64,000 nt of DNA from Chiloscyllium plagiosum. Taxonomy: Eukaryota. The first letter of the stretch is position 1. The number at the start of each line of letters is the position of its first letter. The position numbers and the translations under genes were made by a program. The stretch spans positions 6,126,598 through 6,190,597 of the forward strand of contig NC_057751.1 in assembly GCF_004010195.1 (NCBI RefSeq), read 5' to 3'. This document shows positions 24,908 to 39,039 of this stretch, one piece after another. The notes under the pieces were generated by a model. It ran no database searches. It was given only the letters and a program-made list of their open reading frames with translations, and was not told the origin of the DNA.

Positions 24908-27671
24908 CACAGGTTGTTTAAACAATAGAAAACCAACTCCATTGCTTTCCCTGTCACCTTTCTGATGTTGAGCTACAATGCTGGCAACTTTTTATTCTAC
25001 TTGAGCTGCGTTTCGCTTGCTATAATCTGTTGGTAATTTACATCAGCAATAATGTATATTGCTGTGGTCACACTACATTGCGATGAAATTCCAAAATCTT
25101 AAACTTTGCACTTAACTTGAGTGAATTTTATTTCATTTTGGTTTCAGGCTACTTGTGATTGCCTTAAATGTCAAAAAGTGCGACACTGGGGCTTGTACTT
25201 ATCCCCTGAATAACAAACTGTGCACAACCATGCCTGGGATCAGCATCTTGTGCAATTTAGCATCAGTCATGATCCTCGACTGATGCTTGGACCCATAATC
25301 CTTCTTGCTTTGTTCAAGCATTTTATTTTATGCAATAGAAACTGAAAGTAAACAACCTCCAATTCACCTGAAACCGAATTCAAAACTAAATTTTAACAAT
25401 TAACGTAACCCACAATTGAAACTGTTATAAAATAATTATAGAAATATTTATTAAGTGATGTAAAATAACTTAGTTTTCAAAAAATGTTGATCTGTTTTTC
25501 ATACCATATTACTGCACACAATTAAATAAATTCACAAATTGTTATTATTAAGGTTTTTTTTCAGCACTGCACTACTTGCTTTCCAAACAAATATTTGTTT
25601 GAGAATATAGCTTACCTTCATAAAAACATTTTGCAATAAATCAGTTCATATTTTATATTGCACGTTCACGTGCCATTTTATTTTTGTCTAAAGACAGACA
25701 ATTGTCACAATCACCAGATGCATTCATTGCATGGACTGTGAACTGGGGATGACCATGTAGATTCATAGAGCTTGGGTATCCCCATTAAACTTAGTAATGG
25801 TTCAAGTTAAAACAGTCAAACTTTTTATTAAATAGGTTAAAGGTTTATGTGTTGCAATCATTATTGAAGTTTGCTTTGGGACAAAATGCTGAAGTCATTA
25901 ATAGCTACAATGGTTCCTGCAGTTGAATAGTTGGTGTTTTCGTGTGCAGGTGGACCAGCTGGACAGCTGATCTTGAGAGATAGAGATGTTTCTTTGTTCA
26001 TCACTCGTTTTGTTACTTTGCACTTCCAAAATGTTATGAATACCCACCCCAGGGTAGAATTGAACTCCAGTCTCCCATGGGACAAACAGGGAAATTAACA
26101 ACCAGACTGTATTATAAAGGACCTCACACTTTCACAGTACCTGACTTTCCTTCAATGGACAGCATTTAGTTTCTGAATTTTTTTTTGCCCCACCTTCAAA
26201 AGCATGCCTCTTTGAGAGTTGTTCTCGGGGTTTTCTTCTTGGAGTTCTGTACACTGGCTGTTCTTAATCAAGTTTCTGTATACAAGCTCAAAAATGTTAC
26301 TTTGAGGAAGAAAGGGTTCCACAAAACAAACAAGTTAATGAGGCACCAAAGTCTCCAATGCATTCGCTTGCTCTCCGGATCATTAATTCAGGAACATTAC
26401 CAGTCCACCACCATTTCTAGTTATTCTGAGGGTTGAAATGAAATCCATTATGCTTTTCTTTGAGGTTTGATTTCAAGTGTCATTGGTGGGAGACTAGAAT
26501 CGGCTGTTTTTACGTATAGCTGCGGCAAATAACTCAACATCTGTTAGTTTTATTTTGAATTGAAGGCTGTTTTGCTTTGGATTTGACAGTCTGTCACTGT
26601 GCTGTGTCACTGAATTGACAAATACCTTGCAGTAACATGACAATAGACTTTGCAACATCACCATTACAAATTCAAGACGGCTTTTTATTTTAAGAATATG
26701 CTGAACCTGAAGCCAGGCAGGGTGCGCTAAAATCTGTAGTGATAAATCTTCTCTGTCCTTTTCTCCAGGTCTCAAACATTAGCCACCCTACACCCATTTT
26801 TCATTATCACACTGTTTGCATCCCCACGGCAAAGATCCTGCAGATCAATAAGGTGATGGATCAGTTTGTGAGGGGAATTTATCCTGAGCCCGATGAACTT
26901 TTCTTCTCAAACAGAAGCTACAATAAACCCCTATCTACTCCTCTTCACTGACGATTGACTATCTTCAAACCGTTTTCCATTACCGAATTCCCAGTTTATC
27001 CCAAGATCATTGTGAGTGAGCAGGGTGCACTGTTACACAGTATTACTCTTGAGTGAAAATGCACAGGAAATGATCAACATGGCATGTATCTGTCAGAGTT
27101 ACTGCACCACAAAATAGAATTGAGGCATTGGAATGACAAATAACTGATCCTAAGCATGAACTCAAAGGATGGATTGAGGAGCATTCATTCTGTGATGGCG
27201 TTTGGGAAGGATGCAGTTAATGACTTGGAACGCCCATGCTCATTCCTATTTTTTCTAACTTATTTGGAGCACACGGTTTGATGGGAGAGATCTTCGTCCT
27301 TTTATATGGGCTATAATTTCTTTCACATCACTAACTTAAGATCTTTGGATTGCTGAAATTATGTACTCAATATTGGGAGTATTCTTGTACACCTGAGAAT
27401 GCCACAGGCTAAAGGTCAATCCTCAAACATGTTATTCTACGCAGGCCATAGATTCCACTCTGACTTGAGTCCCATATGCACTCATCACTCCACCCTACCA
27501 TAACTCACCCTTTGCAATGGGTAACATAATTTCTTCTTAACAAATCAAGCAGTCCAGTCACTAACTCTCAAGTTTCAACCACCTTGCTCACGAAGTAAAA
27601 ATCTACCTCCTTTTTAAAATTCTGAAATGGTCCTAAATTTAGGATACTTGGACATCACCGGCAAGGCCAAG

Positions 27672-28671
27672 TGTGATGCAAGGTATATGATTAATATGTT
27701 GTTTAATTGAGTTTAGAGTTTTCATTTTGAAGTAATCCACGTGTACAATTAATTTTCAGTACTTCTCGTGCTTTTTGTGAAAGCCGTATAAGACCACCAG
27801 CTTGGGAGAGTTTGTTCTAGGAATGCTGTTGGAAATTTGTTTGCAGTCAGAGAGTTTAAGAGGGTATAGAGTAAATATCAAAGTGTATTAGCCTGTTTAC
27901 ACATACAGGATCAGAAGTCAATTTTTTTTGTTTCCTAAAGAGAAACATCCATTATTTGGAGAGTTTCTGGTTTCAGTTTGCAGCAATACAGGTTGAAGTT
28001 AGATGTATGAAACAGTTCTCCCAGAGCAAGGAATTAGTTCAGCTAAGTTATAAATACAATACATCTGGAAAGGTTTTCTTTTGAAAACCCCAGACCAGAG
28101 GTGGTTGGTTTGAACTCTTAGGGGCTGTTCAAAGCTGAGAAAGTTAAAACTCAGTTGTGTGAATACTCTCTGAAAAGCCTGTCAAACTCAACACTGGGAA
28201 TTCAAAAAAACAGTTAAGTTCAACCTATCGATGTGACATAAAAAAAAACTTCTTTGATGTCTGGGTAAATGTTTTACTTTTACTGTTTTTTGAAATATTT
28301 CAAGTTGTGTTATAGGTAAATACCTTGGGCTATGCAATTTATTCTTTTTTTCTTTGGCAGAATAAACATGTTTTGTTGTTAAAATAAGCTCTGCAGCATT
28401 GAGTGTTTGCGTTTCAGTCAAAAAAAACCTTGTAAAGTAAAAATTTTAAAAAGTGATCTATTAAGTCAGATTTTGATCTACAATCTGACTTGTTTAATCA
28501 TACCTGGGATGATTAGCCGGGAGGAGAAAGTGAGGGCTGCAGATGCTGGAGATCAGAGCTGAAAATGTGTTGCTGGAAAAGCGCAGCAGGTCAGACAGCA
28601 CCCAAGGAGCAGGAGAATCGACGTTTCGGGCATAAGCCCTTCTTCAGGAATGGTTGGCTGGGATCATAACA
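27672..28671 (+). mobile_element. Probable solo LTR (TG...CA) inserted in a LINE/SINE tail
   Basis: Begins tgtgatg, ends gggatcataaca; AATAAA near 28361; flanks rejoin as 'gcaaggcc...cccaatttcccttgagaag' (reverse LINE tail); TSD not clear. Confidence 0.5.
28523..28651 (-). mobile_element. Short PLE-derived element with intact hammerhead core
   Basis: Reverse complement of 28620-28647 = CTGAAGA-A-GGGC(TTAT)GCCC-GAAA-CG-TC; degenerate 14-bp TSD atg.tt.gc.ggga. Confidence 0.85.
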
Positions 28672-29974
28672 CAGCTCATGCCCAATTTCCCTTGAGAAGT
28701 CGGCAGTTATCTACCTTCTTTAACTGGTGTAGTTTGTGTCTATTTCTGGGCTGTTAAGTACAAGACCTGCAGGATTTTGACCCAGCAATAAATGAATGAA
28801 CTGTGATATATGTGTACACATCAGGGCAGTCTGACTGCTCGAGGAGAGCTTGCTCGTAAACGGCGAAAAATTGGGCTATTAAGTGGATGCTGGAGTGCAG
28901 AGAGATCTGGATGTCCTTGTATCTGAAGCACTAAAAGCTAGCATGTGGATTCTTTGAAAGCAAATTGCAGATATTTTTAATCAACTTGTTCATAGATGCC
29001 TCTGAAGCAGGTGGGACCCAAACTCAGGTCCCCAGACTCAAAGTTTGGGACATTACCCCAAGAGACCCAGGAAGGCAAATTGAACTTATACCTTAATTGC
29101 AAAATGGGTACAGATTTAAAGTAGGAAGACTCTTGCTCCAAATGTATAGAGTTATGGGGGGCAGAAAGGAAAGTGGATTATGGTCACGATCCAATCAATA
29201 ATAGTGTTATTGAACAGTGGACAAGGTTCAATGGCACGAATGGTTGAATCAATGCTGCTATTTCTTATCATTCCCTGTTCCAGCCTACCTGGAGCCTCTG
29301 TCATTTTAGGGTATGGCCACCCCTATTGAGCAGGTGATACCAAAGATTTCTTGTTCTGTTGTTGTCCTGTATCCTGTAATTGGTAAACATTGTGTCAATT
29401 GTGTTGAGGGAGTGGGATTCATATTCTTTCTTACCCCATAAAGTGCTAAAGATTCATCTCAAAACTCAGATTTTGATGAGATTACCAGAAGTTCCTTTAA
29501 CACCTCTCAATCCTTGAAGAAATGGGATAGCAAGTGCAGTGCCCAATGCATAAAATTTACAGGACAAAATGTTGGCCATTCAACTTGTACATGATAGCAT
29601 TGATGCTCCATACATGCCTTCTTCCAGCCTAATTCAAGCCTTCTAATCATCACATCCGTCTTTTCTTCCTCCTGTACTTATTTAGCTTTCATTAAAATGC
29701 ATCTGTGCTATTCACAACAAGAACCTGATGGGATAGTGAGTTCCACATGCAAAACAGTCTCAAACACCCTTTCTCTTTGAAAGTTGGAGCCAAGAATCTT
29801 CTTTCCACCATATGTAATTTTTTTAGAGTGTGAATGGTCATGAAATTAGTATTTATCAATAAAAAGACATAGTCATCAAGCTTATTGTTGTAGACAAAAC
29901 TATCTTTCCAGCTGAATTTGTTGTGACACTGTCCACAAGCTTTATAAGTTTCTACAAGAAATTTTAAAAATTCT

Positions 29975-30350
29975 TTCATGGCATAAGAGTGTCAATGGAT
30001 AGGCTACTTGTTGTCAGCTTGTGAGTTCTGTTGAGAAGGTGGCAGTGAATCACTTTTTCTGAATTGGGTGATGCATGATGGAATGGGAACTGGCTGACCT
30101 ACTCCTTTTCCTATGGTGATGTAAGTGCACCCCCAATCCTGATAGCAAGGTTGTTTCAAAATGTTAATCCATCGACATTGAAGGAAGGGTGTCCTCTGTT
30201 GAAGTCAGCCTGGTGTTTGGAGTGGATTTTGCAGCTGGTGGTATTCCGAAGTATCTGCTGCCCTTGTTCTCTGAGATGGTAGAACCAGGTGTTTGGAAGA
30301 TCTTGTTGAAGAGGCGTGGTGAGCTGCTTTGTCTGCATATCCTTGATGAT
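29975..30350 (-). mobile_element. 3' fragment of the same LINE family as 15745-17435
   Basis: Reverse complement matches 17100-17430 (ccttcctt..., accaccagctgcaa, ttctcaaca). Confidence 0.6.
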
Positions 30351-32979
30351 TGCATGAGTCAGTTGTCCTCCTTTTCATTCCTTAAATTCCTCATCGATGA
30401 TGCACGGTTGAGATGCTGAAGTATTTAAGTTAGGAGCAGCCACAACAGTGAATCAACAGTGTCAGTCTGATTCACTGGCACCCAACACAGTTTTCATAAT
30501 TTCCCTGTTAAAAAAACCATCCAGCTTCTGTCAATCTTGGAAGCAGTCAATCATATCCAGGAATTTTTTCAGCTTGAAGCTGGAAAGTCAAAAATTCTGG
30601 ACTGGACTGGACTGGGCAATTACACATAATCGATAGCAACTTGCTACTCCATAAGAGAAACTGCTAGGCTTGATCTTCAAGGGAGGTATGTTGGTCATCC
30701 AAGGTGGCTGAACATATACGAGCAGCATATTCCGGTCAGCCTCCAGGTCCCCAGAGGTCGTTAGGAAAGGTGACTTCAGGCGACAGACAACAGAGGACAT
30801 TTAAAGCTATGTGGAATGAAGGCACCAACTCCCATACTCCCTTGACTCTGAGTGTAATTGTAGCTGCAAACCGCTCTCTTGAGTGTCACCACTAACACAT
30901 TCCAGAAATCCTGACAGTGGTAACCTAATTGCGAATGCCATTGTTTATTTAAATGTATGAAACAAATTGGAGAGAGGCACACACATTCTCGTTCACTTTT
31001 CCCAAGAGGTATAACATCTCAGAAGACGGCTGATCTGCCCATTTTGCCTGAATTGGCTCTATTACCTACCCCGGCTCCATCACCTACTGCCAATCTCCTA
31101 CCTTTTCTCCATATTCCTGCACAAAGTTACAGTCCAGAAAAACCATCCAATGCCCTCCTCACTGCCTCAATTGAACCTGCCTCAACCACAGTATCAGGCA
31201 ATGCATTTCTATTTAAGCTTATCTGTCTAAATTTATCCGCCTGCTATTTCCAAATTGAGAAGGCCTTCCATTGACTCTGCCTTTGAGATCTTTCCCCGTA
31301 GCAAGTAATTTGCCAATTCAGTGAAAATCTGTGGCTACTGGCTGCATACACTGCTAGCTCTTGACAGAGCACTAAAATCCTGCCCAGCATTTCTGGATGG
31401 TGACAGTTCTGATAAAAGGTCATCAACCAGAAAAATTGGCCCTTTCTTTTTCCACAAATGCTGCCTGACCTGCTGAGTATTTCAACCATTTTCTGTTCAG
31501 CATAATAATCTGCTGCTTGTCAGATGCTGCATTTTCAGCATCTTCTGTTTTTTTTAGATTTCCAACATCTAGATTTTGTGTGGGATCATTACATCAGGTT
31601 TATTGAATTGTGAGTTTTCTTTTTAGCCTCCAAGCAGGTATTTTAACTAAATAAAATGTTTTAGGAATTAGATGTTCTCAGGCAATCCCTCGGGATGTTT
31701 TGCTTCCAGTCTGGTTTTAACGGTTCTAAGCTTGAAGGTGGTGCTTGCAGGGTTGTGTAGAAGATTGAGTTTTGTCTGCTGTTTCAATTCACTTCTGCAC
31801 GCTTTGCACAAACCCCCACAATAGTCAAAAACTTACAGGAACCTGAACAATATGGGCTGTGGCAAGAAACCTGGGAGAATCACGCGAGAAGTGCACCAAG
31901 GCCTGTCTTGACATCAGGAGCAACCAGCTACATTTTCCAACTGGTTTTCCAACACAGCAAGAGTTTTGAGTGGGATATCTTATCTAGCCTCTTAGACTAC
32001 CCCCACCACAAGGAGACATGACATGGAAGTCTGAGTAGTGACTCCAACTAATCCCCTATTCTGAAGGAACTCCATATTGGACACATAGAGTGCTACATGG
32101 GCAGCAACTGTATGCAACACATGTCCATAGACACTTGCCAGCGTCTCCCCATTATCTTGGCATACCTCCGATTGACTGAGAGTTCAATTTTGCATTCTAA
32201 AGCTGCACCTAGGGTGCACTATTGTTGGAATTTTATAGCAAGAATACCTTTCATGCACGGATGATAGCTGAGCCTATGGATTGGACCAGGATGCATCTCA
32301 AGAATTTTCTCCTGCCCTCTTGGTGCTCACTCACTGGCCTGGTCTTTTTGTGCTTTACCCCCTCAGCCAGAGCGACCATGCTTGCAGTTCTTCATTCAGC
32401 ACATATATAGAGCCAGAAAGCTTGTTATGGTTGTCAGCAGTTCTTCATCAATTTGATTCTTCAACCCATGGATCCCAGTGCAGTAAGTCCAGGGCAGTCT
32501 CTGATACTAGTCCACGGACTTGGACATGGTCAGTAGGTCACTCGAGTCTGTCAGGGTGTGGATCTTCTCCTTTTATGGGGTGAGGAGCCTGGTATCAGGC
32601 TATCCATAACCTGATTTTGCTCTTTCTGCTCTGTTTCGGGCTCTTTACTTCTGTCATGTGAGAAGAGGAGGTGTTAAGATAAATGAAAGTGGCTAGCGTT
32701 GCCGTTAGTGCTGCTGCCGGTGGGGAAGAAATGGTGAGTTGCACTGAGCAAGTGCGACAGCCGCAGAGACTGTCTAGGGTTTGTGATGGTGCAGTGGGGT
32801 CTTGTGCAGTGAGTATGAGCAAGTGAAGAAATATGTGGTATGCAATCGTGAGAGTTGGAGACCATAAGCTTTGGTGGGAGTTGAGTGCAGGAACAGAGAT
32901 CGAATGACTTGCAGATATTTACAACAGAGAAGGAGGCCATTTGGCCACTTGTGAGCATGTCGAATGTGAGGTGGCAGTC

Positions 32980-33220
32980 AGCTGATGATGACATTTACCC
33001 TGGCTGATCCAAGGAGGTCATTGACTGACTTCGTAAACTGCTGTGCATTCCTCCAGATGGCCAAAACCACACTGACCACATTGGGAAGTTCGGGCCAGAC
33101 ATCGTTGCCTCCTCTGCTGATCCTGGGGGAAGAGGATGGTCCCCCTCTGTACCACTCCAAGCACAAGGTGTTGATCTCCAATGTATGGTGCCAAATTCTC
33201 CATATCTGCCATGTCTGGGA
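32980..33220 (-). mobile_element. Harbinger-like Myb/SANT ORF remnant
   Basis: VWPELPNVVSVVLAIWRNAQQFTKSVNDLL (ORF 32978..33223) plus frameshifted DMENL...RGTILFP.D (33018..33230); parallels 60380-60600. Confidence 0.55.
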
Positions 33221-33529
33221 CAAATGTCACAAATGGTGCAAGGGAGTTCTGGACTAACGGTGCTTGTCTGCATGTGCATCAACCTTTTGAAGATGGTATT
33301 GGTGACTTGGACACTGTCTGTTCTGGGATATTAGGGCAGTGGCAAGTTTTATGTTCGGCTGTGGCAAGAGGTAGATTTGAGCTTTCATGAGACAAGGATG
33401 CTGTAGACAGGGGCTGGTGGCTCATGACATGAGCTTGGGACAGGAGCATGAGAAATTCTGCTAGGGTCATGGAGAGAAGCCTGCCATCAAAATTGACACC
33501 TGACTTAAAATTAAGCAAAATTCAACCAA

Positions 33530-33760
33530 AGGTGTTCATCCCTTTCTGCATGAACCTTCTCCATTTTCATCAGTCACAAGCAAGGTTCCACGTAAGTCAG
33601 CAGATACATTTGACCTTTTCAGAGATGCTTTGAGGACATCAATGAATCGTTTCCACTGTTCACCTGGAGCGCTCCTGTCATGACCAAATTTTGAGTAGTT
33701 GAGTGCTTTGTCAGTTAGTGTCAGCAATTCCAAATTGGAATGATTATAGAACCACAATCC
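33530..33760 (-). mobile_element. RTE-clade LINE C-terminal remnant
   Basis: ORF 33536..33853: KALNYSKFGHDRSAPGEQWKRFIDVLKASLK matches the RTE motif LY.EL..G.R..GGQ.KRFKD.LKASLK. Confidence 0.7.
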
Positions 33761-35629
33761 ACAAACACAGCTCGCCTTCACAACATGAGATAATCCATGG
33801 TGAACCAATGTGGCAAGGTAACTGGTTGCAATATAGAATGATGCCAGTGGCAACGGTTCAATTCCTGCACTTCCTTCAATTCCTTCTTCTCAACCTCTTC
33901 CCTTGCCTGAGGCATGGCGACCTTCAGGTTAAATCATCACAAGTCATTTCTGTCCAATGAAAGAACCACATTGTCATCTGGTAAGACTGTGGCAACCAAG
34001 ATACTTTGACAAAGTCAACACATCGTATTAATGCTGTGCTTGTATAATAATGTTTTACAAATGGAAGTAGAATCTCTATTTTGAAGAAGATACTTTCTTG
34101 ACTTATTGTTAGTTCCATGTCAAAAAGCCAACAACAACAATGACAGCAAAAACAATCTTACAAAGGCATTTTCACAGTTACTCCATACCAAAAACATCTT
34201 GAAAAATGCGGTAGTTTAAAATACACTTATTGCTTCATCAAAAGATGCAACATTGTCAGAGCTACAAACTTTTATTTAATCATAGATGGTCTTTCATCCA
34301 TCAGCTAATCATTATAAAGCCTTCCATTATGAACCTCCTTGCCCTGTATTGAAGACTTTGGAGCAGTTTATCATTTTAATTAGGCATGTAATTTTAATTA
34401 AAGTTATCTTTTCTGCATCAGGAGGCATTATTTCATGACAATATGATCGTATCGGGATTTGAAGCATGATCATCCTCCTTTTGTATGAAAAGTAGCACAC
34501 AAATGTTACAGTAGTGTTGGAGAGAAAAGCAAATATAATTACAGTCTTGTTACCCATCTGTAATTTCTGAGGTCTTCAACCTTTTCATTATTAGCAACAT
34601 TAGAGGTTTTAATGAAACAGAGACATAATACTTAATTAATGTCCTTTTGTTTGACAATTCTTTTTTTGAAGACATGGTTCCCTGGATTTTCACAGCAAAA
34701 TACTGTACCTGCTCACTACTCACGTGGGAATTTTAAGTTTTCAGATATATTTTTCAAGGACAGTACCATTTGAACAATAGTATTTATTTTCTATCGTCAT
34801 TTGTGGGAAAGCAAGTCATGTGTCCGTGAAGTGCATACTAACTCCTGTGTTTACGCTGATAAAATTGCCCCAGGGACTCAAGAGTGAAATTGCTTGTCTC
34901 AGAGATCTGCAACTTCAGGTTTCATCTCCTGTAACAGTGTCAGGGCATGACAACTAGCTGCATCATCTGTGACCAAGAAAAAAGTACTGGCTAGGATTCA
35001 GACTCATCATAGTTCGGGAGTGACCTTCTCTTTCCCTCTCCCACCATCCATGACAGCAGGTGAGGTGTGAAGTGACAGACAAGACCTTGTCAGTGTTACA
35101 TGAGGCGATGATTCTGAAAGAATTAATGTTGAAGTTGTTTTAGCTGTACAGAAACTCATGGCAATACTCAGGTCATGGGCGGAGAACCAGGCAGCCCAGC
35201 ACATGTTCATGATGGAGATTGACATGCCATCTCTGGCTTAAGATAGCTGTAATTACGCCAAGCGACTTAATGTTATTTATTATTCCTATTGTACAATGAA
35301 CTGCACCTTGTTATACCAATGCCTCTCTTGTTTACGCTCTCTGGCTAATGAGATCCAAGCCTCAGATTCAGTATTGAAAAGGATGGCAGTGAATCTCCTC
35401 AACTGTAAGCCAACAACAGTTGGTGTCCAGAACCCAATATGAAAGTCAGATTGCCTGTCAGTGTCACTGCAAGACTCTCACATCAAGAACACCTAAGTAG
35501 GAGATGTAATGGAGGATGAATAGGCAAGTTAATTGTCTGAGACAAGGATGGAAGAGCAAAAAATTTGATTTTGTTCTGACTAGACGAATCATGACTGAAC
35601 TAATTTTTCCAATGACAAACAGTCCATAT

Positions 35630-36535
35630 TCAACAAGACCTGGACAATATCCAAGCTTGTGGGAAAATTGACGTTTGGGCAAAAGCCCTTCATCAGGATT
35701 TTCCTGTTCCTCGGACGCTGCCTGACCTGCTGCGCTTTTCCATAATCACACTCTGGACTCTAATCTCCAGCATCTGCAGTCCTCACTTTTACCTAATATC
35801 CAGGCTTGGGCTGACAAGTGATAATTAACATTTGTAGCACACAAATGCCAGGCAATGACTGTCTTCACGAAAAGACAATGTAACGACCACCCCTTGACAT
35901 TCAATGGTGCTACCATCACTGAATCCCCCACTATCAAAATCCTGGTGATGACCATTGATCAGAAGATCAGATATAGTCTCACCATATAAATATGGTGGCG
36001 ACAGGAGCAGGTCAGAGGCTAGGAATACTGTGACGAGTAACTCTCCTCCTGACTCCCCAAAGCTTGTCCATCATCTGAAAGGCACAAGTCAGGAGTGTGT
36101 TGGAATACTCCCCACTTGCCTGGCTGGATGCAGTTCCAACAACACTCCAGTAAGAAGCTTGATTAGCACCACACCCACAAACATCTACTCCCCCCACCAC
36201 TGACACTCAGTTGCAGCAGTGCATACAACATTCACTGCCGAAATTCAGCAAGGCTTCTTAGAAACCCACTTCGATCCAGAAGAACAAGAACAGCCAAAAG
36301 CCTCCACCTGCAAGTTCCCCTCCAATCCACTCACCATCTGATTCAGAAATACATCGCCATTCCTTCACTGTCACTGGGTCAAGCTCTGGGAATTTCCTCC
36401 CTCATGGCATTGTGGGTCAACCTGCAGCACATGGACAGCAGGGGTTCAGGAAGGTCATTCAGCAACAACATCTCAAGGACAATTATGTACAGACAATAAA
36501 TGCTGGCTCAGCAGTCCCACAAGTGAATAAAAAAA
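35630..36535 (+). mobile_element. 3' fragment of the 15745-type LINE
   Basis: DLDNIQAWADK...F..HKCQAM-like segment and the same 3' tail (aataaatgctggc...gtgaataaaaaaaa). Confidence 0.8.
35660..35794. mobile_element. Short PLE-derived insert (inverted hammerhead piece + forward 3' end), 14-bp TSD
   Basis: TSD aatatcca(a/g)gcttg at 35646-35659 and 35795-35808. Confidence 0.8.
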
Positions 36536-36929
36536 ATCTGCGGCGATTGTTGGTTAAACCTCGACATGGAATTGAACCACTCGATCTAAATGTGACACTC
36601 CATTTCTCATTCCAGGATTGAAAAAAAAAGCATTGCAACTGGACTTATACCAGGCAAATATAATTTCCTTGTCATGTACTTGACTTCTAACTCAGTATTC
36701 AGTCGGTCATGAACATTTTTACTTCCAACTCCGACTGGAATGCAACAATTCTTGACATGAATGTCAATCAGTTAACAATTGATAGTCAATGTTAGTCTGC
36801 TCTATCTGTGAAGATGAATCTTAAGTTTGTTTCACAGTTGGGGATGATGAGAAATGTGAAGGAGCAATATTGTTTTTCAAGGCATATTTTCCATGGCCAA
36901 ATTGTGTTGTGAGTTTTGATAAAGACTGG

Positions 36930-37285
36930 GGAGGTGGCAGTGGAATGGCAATGTCACCGGATTAATAATCTAGAATGTCTGGCTGGTCTTCTGGTTTTGA
37001 GTCATACTGTGGCAGATTATGAAATTTGAATTCCATAAAAATCTGGAACTAAATGTTGGCCTATTGGTTGACTTTTGTAAAAACACACCTGGTTCATTCA
37101 TATCTCTTGGGAAAGGAAATCTGCCATCCTTCCTTGTTCTCATCTGCAAATGACTCAACCCACAACAATGCAATTTACTCTTAACTGCCCTCTGAAATAG
37201 CCGAGCAAGCCATTCAGTTGAAGGGCGAATCAGGATGGGCGAGAAATGCCCAGTGACTCCCACATCCAATTAGTGAATTGAAAAG
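36930..37285 (+). mobile_element. tRNA-derived SINE (40020 family), decayed
   Basis: Collinear with 40020-40375 throughout. Confidence 0.7.
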
Positions 37286-38657
37286 AATTCTGAATGAGTT
37301 CTTTCTGGGCATTTTAAAGATGAAGGATATATTACCAATGGAGCTGCTAAGAACACTCTCGCACAATAAACTGTGCACTATGACAAGGTTGCATAGTCCA
37401 GTCTTGTCATTGTCAGATTCACATTTAGGGAAGTAATGGCAGCTCCAAAGCCTTATCAAGTGAAATTCAGGAGAGGCAAATTAGTTTGAAAAATCTGATA
37501 CTATCCTTGTGCTGAAGAAAAAAGTACAAATGCTGGACACTTTTATGGGTTATATGGTAGTTTGGTCCTGGTCGAACTAATTTCCCCTTTAAGGGTATAT
37601 GTTCTTTGGCCTTTTAGCTGAGGAGGATCATAAGGGTGAGTTACACAATACTCTGTGACTGTAATATTTGCCATGCTGAGAGAAGCGAACACTCTTCTGA
37701 CCCTTGTGCTCAACACATATTCGCCAGAAAGAGAGGCAAAACATCTTCAGGATCACCAAGTCAGTTTGAATGAACCCAAAGAAACCTTACAATATATTCA
37801 CGTATCAGCATCTGTAGTGGATTTTTAATCAATTGTAAACAGAGAATTATAAAGATAATGGTTGAGGTTTTCGAGGCTGCTTTTCATTTCTTTTAAATTG
37901 GCTCTCAAAAACCCGAGTGGAACATTGCCTAATAAGCATTCACTCCCTCTGCAACTCTTTTCAGTTAATGTGGGGAGAGCAGAATTGTTTGCATCTCATA
38001 GTATCAGAAACATTTCTTCTTTATAGGAATTGTCATGAGTTTCCTTACTGTGTTACCTGTGAATCTGAGGCTCACGAGCTTTGATTCACCAGCATGAAGA
38101 ATACTGGGCAGAAACGGTAGAGTGTGGATGCAGTATACAGAAACTAGCAGTGTGAGATGAAATGACTGCAGTGTGCACACATGCTGTTTGTTCCTTAAAC
38201 ACAAACAGGCAAGAATTTTCTGGTTGCTGTTTTGTAGCAATGAAGATTGCATGTGGAAAGACTTCCTTAGGGAACCCACTCAAAGTCAAACAGAACAGTT
38301 TATAATTTCATTTTTGGAGATTTATAATGCTGTTGCACCTGTGAGTAACCAAAGTAGCTCTTTCCAATTCACAGCCTCACGTGCAACCTTTATCTTCCTC
38401 TGATAAATAAAGAAAACAAAGCCATTGATTTAGTACTAAAAGTGGGGAGCATTTGAGAGATACATAATGAGTGTGCATGAGTTCTGGATTGAAATCATAT
38501 TTGCTACTTTTTCTTTTTCATTGAACGTACGTTTGTTACCTTGATATGTATAGGTCAGTGATTTAGTCTACTAATGAATCTTGCATCTAACATTTCAATT
38601 CCACTGTTTACTGTTTTGTTTACTGTCAAGCAAGTTTGTATTGTTATGTATGAACAT

Positions 38658-38880
38658 CAGAGTCGAAGAGTGTGGTTTTGGAAAAGCATAGCCGGTCAGG
38701 CAGCATCTGAGGAGCAGGAGAATCGACGTTTCAAGCATAAGCTCTTCATCAGGAATGAGGGGGTGGCCCAAGAGGGCTGAGAGATAAATGGGAGGGGGTG
38801 GGGCTGGGGAGAAGGTAGCTGAGGATGCGACAGGTCCAAGGAGCAGGAGAATTGCTGTTTTGAGCCTGAGGAGCAGGACT
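38658..38880 (-). mobile_element. PLE-derived element with hammerhead core and rearranged 5' end
   Basis: Reverse complement of 38725-38752 = CTGATGA-A-GAGC(TTAT)GCTT-GAAA-CG-TC; 'gaggagcagga' reiterated at the 5' junction. Confidence 0.8.
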
Positions 38881-39039
38881 CAAGTAGGAGAATGTCAGTC
38901 GAGTCAAAATCTAAGTCAGGGTATGAATTGAAGAACCAGACAGGTATCTATATATGAATAAAAGAATTTGCACATGTTTCTTGGTGATTAGCGTGGAAGC
39001 ACACAGAAATGCAGTGTTATACCATCAAGGTCATTTCTT

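Noticed and set aside
26769..27012. Strong + strand acceptor (cttctctgtccttttctccag) with downstream donor-like sites
   Set aside because: No recognisable peptide in any frame; cannot be supported as an exon.
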